Positions 50,645-59,211 of a stretch of DNA of 59,211 bases are shown here, piece by piece. Each line of letters opens with the position of its first letter. Positions within the stretch are counted from its first letter, which is position 1. This stretch comes from Thermococcus sp. (lineage in GTDB: Archaea; Methanobacteriota_B; Thermococci; Thermococcales; Thermococcaceae): the NCBI RefSeq assembly GCF_017656495.1, contig NZ_JACDNS010000012.1, positions 1 to 59,211 on the forward strand, given 5' to 3'. The position numbers were made by a program, and so were the translations under genes. The notes beneath the pieces are model-generated. The model searched no databases. It was not told where the DNA came from and saw only the letters and a list, made by a program, of their open reading frames with translations.

Positions 50645-53182
50645 TTGAGAAAAACCCTGCTGGTGTTGTTGCTGGGGGCTATGGTACTGGTAGCTGGATG
50701 TATGGGAGGAACAACCGAAAAGACAACATCGGGAGAAGAAACCGGAGCAGTTAGTGAAACTCAAAAAGAAACACCCCAAACCTCCACAGTTCAAGAAAGT
50801 TCAGAAGGAACGGAACAAGGGGAAACCACCCCACAGCCCCAAGAAGTTGTCACAGACATGGATAAAATAGGCTCAAGAAGTCACGTTGACCTTCTTGACT
50901 TTAACGGTGTTAAAGGGATTAAAGTCTATGTGGAAGGTTCCACTTGGGTAAGCGATGGAAACGCATACAACACCCGCTTTACCTACGCCCCGATGTTCTA
51001 CTCCGGTGGAAACCTCTACGTCTACCAGTACGCCGACGAGAGTTTCTCCTATGCCTACCAGGATGGGAATTTGAAGGTATATCCGTTCGTGGTTATTGCC
51101 GTGCCGGTGAATGCTGTGGACTTTACTATGGGCGGTCCCTCTGGCACGATACTTGTCGTATCAGACGATGGAACGCTCCACTTCCTGTCATACGACACGG
51201 ACGAGACGAAGAGATGGCCTGAGGACAGTCCGAAAGTTGTCTACTTCAGCAAGGTAAAAGTTCATGAGACATGGAATTTGGGAGTCAAGAGGGTTGCCGC
51301 CGGCTCGGACGGGGACGATGAGTACGTTTACTACATAGCATGGGGCAATAACAAAGCATACATCATTGGAATGTCCGCTGAAGAGACAATCAAGCTCGCC
51401 GATGGTGAGGGAGAAAAACCACAGCCAAAGGAGTTTGCCTTTGATTCGCCGATAGACGACGTGCTGATTGGAAAGAATGGAATTTACGTTCTGAGCGGTG
51501 GCAAGCTTTACGTCATCAACATCGTCAACGGTCCAGAAGGCCTTGAGGTTACAGACTCTGTTGAGATGCCTGGAGCTCATCAGGTGTCCCTCGATACGAG
51601 CGAATACTCCGATTACTTAGCCCTCTATGATGGGAGTACCGTCTTAGTAATTCGTGTCTCGAAGGGAAGGATAAGGGACAAAATGGACTATTCCCTGGAG
51701 GGATTCGATAGGGTTCAGATATACGTCAGGTCGAGCGCCATTGATCTTACTGCCGTGAAGGGAACCCACATGGTGTTCTACGATGTCGGCATCGAAGGGG
51801 AGATCAAGTTCGAGGAGATTGGATACGTCGAGCTTCCCGCTGAACCAGTGTGGTTCGAGGGCTCTTATCCTTATGGGGATACAACAGTGGTGCTCTGGGA
51901 TAAGGAGGGCAAATACTACCAGCTGGCCGCCAAGCTTGAGACCGGACAGATAACAGAAACCCAGGAATCTGGAGAAACAGGAACTGGAGAGTCTGGTTAT
52001 GAAAGCGAAAGTTCTGAAGAGTCCAGCTCCAAGGCATCCTCTTCAATAGAGAACAGCCTTAAAGACTTCCTTGAGAACGCCTACACGGTCGAAGGGCTTG
52101 TTTACACTAAAGACGGCTACAACTACCGCGGGATAAAGATAACACCCAAGACGGGCAAACTGTACTACTTCCCGTACGGCTATGAGGATGTTGTGTTCCT
52201 CGTTCACGAGGACAAGGTTCTTAGCATAGTTCCCTGGGATTCGGATTTCTTTGACGGCAAAACCGATAGCCCGGTTATCAATCCCTATGATCAGGGAAAA
52301 ATTGACTTAACTCTCCTTCCAGCAAAGGCAAAGCTCTACTATTCCATTCCAAACGGTGACTATGCGGCAATGGTAGACGAAAATGGAATGCTTCATATTC
52401 TCATGGGCCTCGAAAGGCACTCTGAAAACGATATTGACTGGTACACTTTCAATAGCAACGTTGTTTACGACTTTGACGCCTCAGGAATAACGATTCAGTA
52501 CTTCTGGTCGAGCTACCTGTTCTTTGCATGGAAGGACAACGAGCTCAGGATTTACATCTATGACTCGGACAGCGCCTACAAGATGTGGAACGAAGGTGCG
52601 AACATAACGGTCGAGCCGAGAGTTTACGAACTGCCTGGCAAGGTGAGAGAAGTCAACCCGTACATCGGAGATCAGTTCATCGTAGTCTTAACCGACGAGG
52701 GAACGTACGTAATTCCAAATCCACTCGGGTACTACGGGGAGGACACCAACGTTTACCAGATTGACGACCGCGTAGAATTCATTGGGGCTTACCACTACTG
52801 GTACCTCAGTGAGCTTGTGGCTTACTCAAATGATCAACTGTATGGCCTAAAGGTTGAGTATTCAGAGAGTCAAAGAACTGTTGGCGTGAATAAAGGGCCA
52901 TATGTAGCTGTTTCAGACGTTGTTGGTCTGTATGGTGCCTACGACCAAGACAGCTATCTCTCTGTTTCCACCTCCAGCGGAACACTCATGGTCTATCAGC
53001 ACGCATGGAACGACCAGACACAATCCTACGAGTTCGCCCTCAGGAAGACGTTCTACCTCCTGGCACCACTGGTGAGCTTCACCTTTGACTACAGACCAGA
53101 ATGGGACTGGACCAAGGTGCTCGGTCTTGGAGCTGACGGTTCCTTCTACAACTTCGAGATACAGGGACCGGGTGAGGGCTGA
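50645..53182 (+). CDS. large lipoprotein (845 aa) with Ser/Thr/Glu-rich linkers and beta-rich repeats
   Basis: TTG start after GGAGGTGG. Lipobox LVAGC. GC content is higher than the genome background. Confidence 0.5.
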   Translation: MRKTLLVLLLGAMVLVAGCMGGTTEKTTSGEETGAVSETQKETPQTSTVQESSEGTEQGETTPQPQEVVTDMDKIGSRSHVDLLDFNGVKGIKVYVEGSTWVSDGNAYNTRFTYAPMFYSGGNLYVYQYADESFSYAYQDGNLKVYPFVVIAVPVNAVDFTMGGPSGTILVVSDDGTLHFLSYDTDETKRWPEDSPKVVYFSKVKVHETWNLGVKRVAAGSDGDDEYVYYIAWGNNKAYIIGMSAEETIKLADGEGEKPQPKEFAFDSPIDDVLIGKNGIYVLSGGKLYVINIVNGPEGLEVTDSVEMPGAHQVSLDTSEYSDYLALYDGSTVLVIRVSKGRIRDKMDYSLEGFDRVQIYVRSSAIDLTAVKGTHMVFYDVGIEGEIKFEEIGYVELPAEPVWFEGSYPYGDTTVVLWDKEGKYYQLAAKLETGQITETQESGETGTGESGYESESSEESSSKASSSIENSLKDFLENAYTVEGLVYTKDGYNYRGIKITPKTGKLYYFPYGYEDVVFLVHEDKVLSIVPWDSDFFDGKTDSPVINPYDQGKIDLTLLPAKAKLYYSIPNGDYAAMVDENGMLHILMGLERHSENDIDWYTFNSNVVYDFDASGITIQYFWSSYLFFAWKDNELRIYIYDSDSAYKMWNEGANITVEPRVYELPGKVREVNPYIGDQFIVVLTDEGTYVIPNPLGYYGEDTNVYQIDDRVEFIGAYHYWYLSELVAYSNDQLYGLKVEYSESQRTVGVNKGPYVAVSDVVGLYGAYDQDSYLSVSTSSGTLMVYQHAWNDQTQSYEFALRKTFYLLAPLVSFTFDYRPEWDWTKVLGLGADGSFYNFEIQGPGEG

Positions 53183-53679
53183 TGGAAGCACAGCTTATAG
53201 TTCCGGTGCAAGAGATAGCAAGGGGAAAGCCGAAGTTCGGAATATGGGCAGTGGTCGGGGACAGGGTGTACTACATCAGAATGAAGGAAGGAACCTGGGG
53301 GGATGCCTTCAGGAGGGGCCTGATCTACGGGGGAGCGTACATCTCAATCTACACGGCCGCCAAAGCGCGGGCGCAGTACGAAGAGGCCGTTCAGAACTAC
53401 CTCTCCTCCATCGAGCTCCCGCCGGACTTCGTGGAGCGTATAGATGACTACGCTAAGGAAAGCACGAGAAGCTTCTCGGCGAGGATTGAGGAAACCTCGG
53501 TCAAGCGCGGAAAGGGCTTCCTCGGCAACGAGGCGAACGGCCAAACACCGGTCGAGCTGAAGTGCCCAAACGGCTCCATTAAGTTTTACGTGGCCACCGA
53601 GACCTTTGAGAAGATAAAGCCGAAGCTCCAGACACTGCCGTTCAGGGAGTACAGGGAAGCGAGGCTCTGGGTCTTCTGA
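53182..53679 (+). CDS. hypothetical 165-aa protein translationally coupled to the upstream lipoprotein gene
   Basis: ATG overlaps the preceding TGA. Very GC-rich codon usage. A T-rich tract follows the stop. Confidence 0.45.
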   Translation: MEAQLIVPVQEIARGKPKFGIWAVVGDRVYYIRMKEGTWGDAFRRGLIYGGAYISIYTAAKARAQYEEAVQNYLSSIELPPDFVERIDDYAKESTRSFSARIEETSVKRGKGFLGNEANGQTPVELKCPNGSIKFYVATETFEKIKPKLQTLPFREYREARLWVF

Positions 53680-53786
53680 GCTATATTCTGTCCTCTTTTC
53701 TTTTTATCATGCTCTGTGATATACTCCGCCCTAAAGGGCGAGGGTTTCAAAAGAAAAACAGAGATTAAAAAAGAAAAACGGAAAAC

Positions 53787-54785
53787 TCATTCAATCTTTG
53801 CTCCACAAATAGGGCAGAACTTTGCTCCTTCTGGAACTATGTGCCCATTGGGACAGCGGTTTATCTTTGCTCCACAGTTGGGACAGAATCTTGCACCTGG
53901 CGGTAGTGGATTACCACAGTTGGGGCATATCTCTTTCTGCTGAGCTGCAGGCTGAGCCGGAGCAGCTGGTTGCTGTGGCTGAGCGGGTGGAACCCCAGCT
54001 CCAGCATAAGGCTGAGCTGGTTGCTGATAAGCTGGAGGCTGCATCAGCTGGGGCATGAGTACCATTCCAGTTCCAATAGCTGCTCCTTGGCTTTTTCCAA
54101 GTTCAGCAGCTACTTGTTTTGCTGTGTCGAGTTGCATGACATACTGGGCATTTCCAGTCTGCATAATCCAGAACAGCCTCTGTCTCCACTCATCCGTTGT
54201 ATTAACACCTTCAATTTTGACATCAACAAGTTCAAGTCCTAAACGCCTGAAATCCTCCAAAAGCTTGACCTTAACCTGCGTGCTCACCATGTCAAGGTTC
54301 TGGAAGAGGTCAACTATTGAGTACATGCTTAAGTGCTTCATCATGTTCTCGTTGAAATATGCCCTGACAAACTTTGTAACGTCGGTTGCATCATAAAGTC
54401 CCTGCCCTCCGACGACTTCCGTTATGAAAAGCACTGGATCAGCTACCTTAAACCAGTAGACCCCGTAGTATTTGATTGGAGCAAGCTCTCTTGTCTGTGT
54501 TTCTCCACCATATCTTCCCTGAAACTGCTTCATGCTGACAAAGATTACAGTAGCCTTGAATGGACTATTACTTCCTCCAACAAGCTTGTAGAGGAGAGGA
54601 AGATTTTGTGTTGTTAGAGTGTGCCTTCCCGGGCCGAGAACGTCGTAAACCTTTCCATCCCTCATGAAAACAGCAACTTCGTATTCATGAACTATCAGCT
54701 GAGAACCCCAAGTTATGACCTCGTTGGGATAGCGCCAGATTATTTCATCTTCTCCCGGATTGACCCATTCGATAACGGTGACCAT
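53787..54785 (-). CDS. SPFH/Band_7_1 (YdjI-like) protein with Pro/Gln/Ala-rich linker and three C-terminal zinc ribbons
   Basis: The N-terminus VIEWVNPGEDEIIWRYPNEVITWGSQLIVHEYEVAVFMRDGKVYDVLGPGRHTL parallels the B. subtilis YdjI start pattern. The C-terminus is CPNCGNPLPPGARFCPNCGAKINRCPNGHIVPEGAKFCPICGAKIE. Start set at the ATG with GGTGAG upstream. Confidence 0.6.
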   Translation of the reverse strand: MVTVIEWVNPGEDEIIWRYPNEVITWGSQLIVHEYEVAVFMRDGKVYDVLGPGRHTLTTQNLPLLYKLVGGSNSPFKATVIFVSMKQFQGRYGGETQTRELAPIKYYGVYWFKVADPVLFITEVVGGQGLYDATDVTKFVRAYFNENMMKHLSMYSIVDLFQNLDMVSTQVKVKLLEDFRRLGLELVDVKIEGVNTTDEWRQRLFWIMQTGNAQYVMQLDTAKQVAAELGKSQGAAIGTGMVLMPQLMQPPAYQQPAQPYAGAGVPPAQPQQPAAPAQPAAQQKEICPNCGNPLPPGARFCPNCGAKINRCPNGHIVPEGAKFCPICGAKIE

Positions 54786-54786
54786 T

Positions 54787-55281
54787 TCACTCACCTACCA
54801 CGAAGCTCATTCTGTTTGAAACTATGGTTTCAAGTTCATTAAGCTTGTCCTCAAGGTTTAAAACTGCCATGCCGAGCCTTGAAGGATCAGCTACAGCCGA
54901 ATTCAAAGCCTTTGCATCTTCAAGTATCGACTGAGCTTTGTCAATCATCATGTAGTCGTACTGGATAAGCTTTCTGAGCTCCTCTTCCTTGAACTTTATC
55001 CTGTCAAAATAGCCTCTGTAGCCTGCCTCAGCATGCAGAATCCTGCTCTGAAGCATCATGAGCTTTTTCCTAAGGTTCTCGATTCCCATAAGCTGCTGGC
55101 AGTTCACCATTACGCATCTCTGCAGAGCTCTTTCAAGCTCCCTCTTTGCCTGTCCAAGTATTTCAGCAACTTTTCCCCTAACTAAACGGTCATCTTCTCT
55201 CAGCAGTTCTTTATTCTTGTAGCCATGAAAACCTGGGATTAGCCTTTCAATATGCTCAAATATACTAAGCTCTTTTCCCAT
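54787..55281 (-). CDS. helical cytoplasmic protein of unknown function (about 165 aa)
   Basis: ORF in the operon. Composition predicts coiled-coil and helical structure. A GAGGTG tract overlaps the upstream stop. Start is uncertain (GTG 55290, ATG 55287 or ATG 55281). Confidence 0.4.
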   Translation of the reverse strand: MGKELSIFEHIERLIPGFHGYKNKELLREDDRLVRGKVAEILGQAKRELERALQRCVMVNCQQLMGIENLRKKLMMLQSRILHAEAGYRGYFDRIKFKEEELRKLIQYDYMMIDKAQSILEDAKALNSAVADPSRLGMAVLNLEDKLNELETIVSNRMSFVVGE

Positions 55282-55291
55282 AGCCATCACC

Positions 55292-56179
55292 TCATCTAAA
55301 ATGAATGCTACCCCTATGACCTCCTATAAGCTGAGATACCTCCCTCTCTGCTCTTGTTCCACTAAAGAGTATTACCCAAGCTCCAGCTATGCCAGGAATC
55401 AGACCACTGAAGAAGCCCCACATCCCTGCAAGCTTTCCAAAGATCAAGCCAAACAGTACTCCAGCACCAATTATTCCAGCTCCCAGTGCACCGGCTTTCT
55501 TTCTTGCTTCCTGAGTTAGTGGGTATGTTGCATTAATCACAACTCCTGTACTTCCATCTACATATCCCAAGAACTTTTTGCCTTCGTAGACATAAAATAT
55601 CTCCCAGATCGGATAGTGAACAAGTCCTTGATAAACAACTTCAAGCTCAACTTTGTCCATTGTGAAGTAATCTCCAGATACCTCAGCTTCTTCTTTAACC
55701 TGTTTAAGAACTTTCTCAACTGCCATTTTTTCAGCCTCTTCCTTTGATATTTCTGGTTCATAGTACTTGCCTTTCTTAACAATACTCTCATCGAAGAATC
55801 TTTTGCCTCTGACAGGAAACGGATAGTCCTCAAGGAGCCATTTGAGTTTATTCGTTGCGGGAATTCCAATAAAGGCAACTTCTTCAGCTGTACTGTCCTT
55901 AAGGTTTGCATGTATGTAGAAGAAGTGCACTGGGAGATAGTACAAAGTTTTGCTTTCAACCTTTGCTCCAACTATATCGGCAGGTGCTCCATATTGCCTT
56001 GAGAGAAACTTGAGCAGTAGCCCAGCAGGGTCTTTATTAATTACTGGGAAGAAAAAGTGATCTCCTACCTTTTCTCTGCTCTGAACTTCAAATGTCGTCC
56101 CGCAGTAGGGACAGGTGGTAACGGTGATTGTATCAGGAACTTTAAATTTGGCTGAACAGATGGGACATTCAACCTCCAT
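55292..56179 (-). CDS. membrane protein with N-terminal zinc ribbon (CPIC...CPYC), central soluble domain and C-terminal glycine-zipper TM segment
   Basis: MEVECPICSAKFKVPDTITVTTCPYCGTTF. C-terminus GALGAGIIGAGVLFGLIFGKLAGMWGFFSGLIPGIAGAWVILF. It is a paralog of the upstream gene. Confidence 0.5.
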   Translation of the reverse strand: MEVECPICSAKFKVPDTITVTTCPYCGTTFEVQSREKVGDHFFFPVINKDPAGLLLKFLSRQYGAPADIVGAKVESKTLYYLPVHFFYIHANLKDSTAEEVAFIGIPATNKLKWLLEDYPFPVRGKRFFDESIVKKGKYYEPEISKEEAEKMAVEKVLKQVKEEAEVSGDYFTMDKVELEVVYQGLVHYPIWEIFYVYEGKKFLGYVDGSTGVVINATYPLTQEARKKAGALGAGIIGAGVLFGLIFGKLAGMWGFFSGLIPGIAGAWVILFSGTRAEREVSQLIGGHRGSIHFR

Positions 56180-56183
56180 AATC

Positions 56184-57170
56184 TCACCTCTCCACCCTCT
56201 CCCCCTTGAGGAACATATAGCCGGAGCCCGCACTTATAGCAGCACCGATTATCATTGGAACTATTGAAACGGGCTCTGAACCTCGGGATACAAAGAACAG
56301 CGTCCCAAGGCCACTAATTAGGATGCCGCCTATCATCCCACCTATGTACTGGGCTTTTCTAAGCATTGTCATTGGCTCAGTTGCAGCAACATCTTTGCCG
56401 TCCCACCCTGCAAAGATGACCTTGTATATCGAATTCCCATACTTGTAATAAACAGTCCATATTGGCAAGAGGAGTAGCCTTACGTTTTCAGGTTCTTTAG
56501 CCTCACATTTGAAGAAATCAATTCTATCTGCCTTAGCTTTATACCTTTCTCTGATTCTGTCAATGGCATCCTCTTTCATCATCATCTTTGCCTGCCTCTC
56601 ATCAAACTCGGTGTTCAAAATTTCCAATTTTATTTTCTGCCATTCATCCTCGTCAAGCTCAAGAAGCTTTTTGGATTTGACATGTGCCATATTACCTCTA
56701 TAATACCTCATAACCTCATCAATGCCAAAAGTTCCAACCTGCCTCCTTGCTGGGCCCATAAGATAAAAGGACTCATGTATGAAATCATGATAATACTTTT
56801 CAACTTCATGACATTCCTCGTGTTCCTCTCCTTCTGAATCGGTGTATGTGTGACACTCTGTTTCCCTCACCATGTACTCTATTTCACCTTCCACGTAAAC
56901 TGAACCGCTCCAATACGGGACATAAACTCCTTCCATATCAACAACTTGTATTTCGTTTTTTATCCTCCTTAAATCAAAGTCCCTTTCAACTCTGTTCATA
57001 AAAGCTTTGTAAATGTCGTTTTTGCTTAGAGAAGGGACAATATAGAGGTTTTCAGTGTGGAGGTTGCCACTGATGTGGTTGGGGTAACCGCAGTACTGAC
57101 ATATTGCAACTATTGTTTCTGGAGAGATTTCTAATGGAGCATTACATCGTTCACACCTGAATGCCTCCAT
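56184..57170 (-). CDS. membrane protein with N-terminal zinc ribbon (CERC...CQYC) and C-terminal glycine-rich TM segment, paralog of the previous gene
   Basis: Same domain order as the previous gene. The central blocks are conserved (ENLYIVPSLSKNDIYKAF versus DHFFFPVINKDPAGLLLKF). Start set at the ATG with GGAAGTGGTG upstream. Confidence 0.5.
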   Translation of the reverse strand: MEAFRCERCNAPLEISPETIVAICQYCGYPNHISGNLHTENLYIVPSLSKNDIYKAFMNRVERDFDLRRIKNEIQVVDMEGVYVPYWSGSVYVEGEIEYMVRETECHTYTDSEGEEHEECHEVEKYYHDFIHESFYLMGPARRQVGTFGIDEVMRYYRGNMAHVKSKKLLELDEDEWQKIKLEILNTEFDERQAKMMMKEDAIDRIRERYKAKADRIDFFKCEAKEPENVRLLLLPIWTVYYKYGNSIYKVIFAGWDGKDVAATEPMTMLRKAQYIGGMIGGILISGLGTLFFVSRGSEPVSIVPMIIGAAISAGSGYMFLKGERVER

Positions 57171-57372
57171 AGGCACCACTTCCTTATTACTACCGTATTT
57201 AAGTATATAAAATCTTCGTAGAGATTGGAGTTAAATCAAATATTAAGTAATTTGACATTAAGGACTAAGAAAGAAAATTTTTTGGTAAACATGGGGATAA
57301 AGTAAAAGGAAAATTCTTCAAATTGGAGCATTTTCTAAAAATAAATCAAAGAGATTTCGAAAACTTTTGATA

Positions 57373-58038
57373 TTAGTACATACTCAACCTTTTGACTAAA
57401 TCTATAAGCTCAGTAAGGCGTCTAATGTAATAATCAGCATCCTCTGTAGGGTTACCAAATCTTAAGACCTGAACTGCCTTAATTCTCGCTCTGTGTGCTG
57501 CTTCCACATCTAGCTTACTGTCTCCAACAACAAGAGCTTCATTAGGGGAGACATTCAGAGCTTTGAGGGATTTCTGAATCAAGTATGGATTTGGCTTTAC
57601 GCCATCGAGATATGAATAATCCTTGCCAAAAACAGCGTCAAAGTATTTCTTCAAATCAAAAAGCTCCAGCACGAATTCTGTGCATTTTTGAGAAGCATTA
57701 CTTACAGCAGCAAGCTTTAATCCCATTGTTTTTAGCTCAGAAAGAGTTTGAGGGACATCTGGAAAGATCTTAATCTTGCCCTCTTTCGCTAATGCTTTCC
57801 GATATTCAAGATTTACATTATCAACAAGCTTCCAAAATTCTACATGATCAATTCCAAGCTTTTCAACATAACTTCGAGGAAGAATTCCTTTAACCATCTT
57901 CCTATATGTCTCAAAATCTACATTTATATCATGCCGTTGGAATATAGGCTCAAGATATCTGCTAAACCACTCTTTTACATCATAGGTCTCGTAGTACACA
58001 AGAGTTTCGTCAACATCAAAGATTAACGCCTTAATCAA
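57373..58038 (-). CDS. HAD-superfamily hydrolase (subfamily IA-like)
   Basis: LIFDVDETL is the DxDxT motif, VSNASQ is motif II, and GDSKLDVEAA is motif IV. Start proposed at the TTG that gives MIKALIFDVDETL, with GGTG 7 nt upstream. The ORF-track start is 58071. Confidence 0.6.
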   Translation of the reverse strand: MIKALIFDVDETLVYYETYDVKEWFSRYLEPIFQRHDINVDFETYRKMVKGILPRSYVEKLGIDHVEFWKLVDNVNLEYRKALAKEGKIKIFPDVPQTLSELKTMGLKLAAVSNASQKCTEFVLELFDLKKYFDAVFGKDYSYLDGVKPNPYLIQKSLKALNVSPNEALVVGDSKLDVEAAHRARIKAVQVLRFGNPTEDADYYIRRLTELIDLVKRLSMY

Positions 58039-58136
58039 TTTGCACACCTCAGACAAGACCGATATCATCACTATTCAGCCGGTTGATCCGTCATCATTGG
58101 CCAAGAAAAATTAAAAGAAAGAAGTTAAAAACTTTT

Positions 58137-58868
58137 TCAGAAGAGATCCTCAAGCTTGACATCAATCTTATCTGGTATAAACGGTAATACATGTCTCGTT
58201 GTCTTTGGTGAGAAAACTTCCCCTCTTTTCACTAGCTCCATAACTTCCTCTTTACTTGGGGCTTTTCTGATAAAGACGTAGTCAATTTCTCCTTTGTCCA
58301 TGTCCTCTTTTGCATCCTCTTTAAGACCATAGTAAATGAGCTCAATCTCCCCTTCAACACTCATCTCATCAAGGACTTTGCTCACAATCTTTTGTTCTCT
58401 TAATCCACCTGGAATCTTGAATGCTTTATCTTTGCCAACAAGAGCAAAGGCAATTTCTCCTTTCTCTGCTAGTTCTTCAGCATTTTCACATTCCTCAATT
58501 GTTAGTCCTTCCTTCTTGAGTCTTTCAAGAACTTTCTCCAAGTCACCTTTGAAAGCCGGATACCAAGTATAAACTTTCACATCATCGCTGAAGTAGTCCA
58601 AAATTACTGATGGTGCCCTCTTAGCTCCGAGCTTCATGAGACCAGCCCATCTGTGATGACCGTCTACAATCAGATACATATCCTCACCGGGAACTTTAGC
58701 CAAAAGCATAGGTTTCCAGAAAACGCCTGAACCAGTAACACTTTCAATAAATGCCTCAAGTTCCTTTTGAACAAGCTGCTCGTGAGGTTTCATTTTTTCA
58801 AGATCAATAAAAACATATTCAACTTTTTTAACAGGGATATCGTATTTTGGAACCTTTTCAACTCCCAT
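58137..58868 (-). CDS. ParB/sulfiredoxin-fold protein, possibly a homolog of the Thermococcus ADP-dependent free serine kinase SerK
   Basis: YLIVDGHHRWAG is the ParB/Srx signature. The size (about 243 aa) matches SerK. Start set at the ATG 6 nt after GGAGGT. Confidence 0.45.
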   Translation of the reverse strand: MGVEKVPKYDIPVKKVEYVFIDLEKMKPHEQLVQKELEAFIESVTGSGVFWKPMLLAKVPGEDMYLIVDGHHRWAGLMKLGAKRAPSVILDYFSDDVKVYTWYPAFKGDLEKVLERLKKEGLTIEECENAEELAEKGEIAFALVGKDKAFKIPGGLREQKIVSKVLDEMSVEGEIELIYYGLKEDAKEDMDKGEIDYVFIRKAPSKEEVMELVKRGEVFSPKTTRHVLPFIPDKIDVKLEDLF

Positions 58869-59159
58869 GAACATACCTCCCAAAAGCTTTACACTATTGT
58901 GAAACATTTTATGAAATAAAAATCTTTTCCTACAAACTTTGCACAAACAAAGTTCAATCAAAATGTTTAGTGGATGATAGGAAAGGATTTATAATTCTCC
59001 TAAGATTTCTGTAAATCTCGAATAAAATGTGATCCAAAATTAATACTCAAGTGAAGAAACATGATCATGAAATAATAAATCAAGAGACATTTACAATTAG
59101 AAAACTAACACTATGAATTAGTCTAAATACTTTTGATCAAAACTTTCATTAGAAAGCTT

Positions 59160-59211
59160 TGGTGGGCCCGCGGGGATTCGAACCCCGGACCTCCACCTTG
59201 TCAGGGTGGCG
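59160..59211 (-). tRNA. tRNA-Val (anticodon GAC), 3' portion only; the gene continues past the window edge
   Basis: The reverse complement reads ...CCACC-CTGACAA-GGTGG-AGGTC-CGGGG-TTCGAAT-CCCCG-CGGGCCC-A-CCA. The T-arm, acceptor 3' strand and CCA (32 nt) are identical to the tRNA-Val at 14625. Confidence 0.75.

Noticed and set aside
14625-59211. The 44.5-kb segment between the two tRNA-Val genes could be an integrated virus or plasmid.
   Set aside because: The tRNA genes are inverted, not direct repeats, and carry different anticodons. The interval is full of housekeeping genes (aaRS, Moco, TldD).

Overview
This 59 kb window looks like chromosomal DNA from a low-GC euryarchaeon of the Thermococcales type. 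It is about 40% GC by eye, and the N-termini of ValRS, ProRS, MetRS and CTP synthase read like the Pyrococcus/Thermococcus orthologues. Coding is dense on both strands, with about 58 plausible CDS. Three aminoacyl-tRNA synthetase genes (valS, proS, metG), pyrG, the ribosomal protein S8e gene, and MoaB/MoeA stand out. tRNA-modification and maturation genes are also present (Trm10-like SPOUT, PTPS/QueD-like, a C5-MTase). Cell-envelope genes are present too (UppP and a GlmU-like nucleotidyltransferase). There is a complete tRNA-Val(UAC) and a partial, inverted tRNA-Val(GAC) at the right edge. I found no CRISPR array, transposase or integrase. Several accessory stretches are worth attention. First, a four-gene minus-strand operon at 53.8-57.2 kb encodes a YdjI-like SPFH/Band_7_1 protein with three C-terminal zinc ribbons, a short helical protein, and two paralogous membrane proteins with a zinc ribbon at one end and a glycine-zipper at the other. 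This is my best candidate for an undescribed membrane-associated system. Second, a GC-rich island of about 5.7 kb at 47.95-53.68 kb encodes a calcium-binding TSP3-repeat surface protein, a large lipoprotein, and a translationally coupled 165-aa protein. The GC switch falls inside the TSP3 gene, so I read it as a horizontally replaced surface-protein cassette. Third, an ArsR, membrane-DUF4097, DUF4097 module has a perfect operator palindrome. Fourth, a secreted coiled-coil protein plus a membrane-anchored winged-HTH protein sit behind a perfect 18-bp palindrome. Fifth, an orphan C5-cytosine methyltransferase carries a Dnmt2-like PPCEPYT motif. Sixth, a short low-GC remnant with iteron-like repeats lies directly 3' of tRNA-Val. 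Seventh, an auxin-efflux-carrier family transporter gene is frameshifted. Eighth, a 380-bp gene-free region contains a 14-bp-stem hairpin. All calls rest on reading the translated ORFs and the DNA by eye. I ran no database searches.
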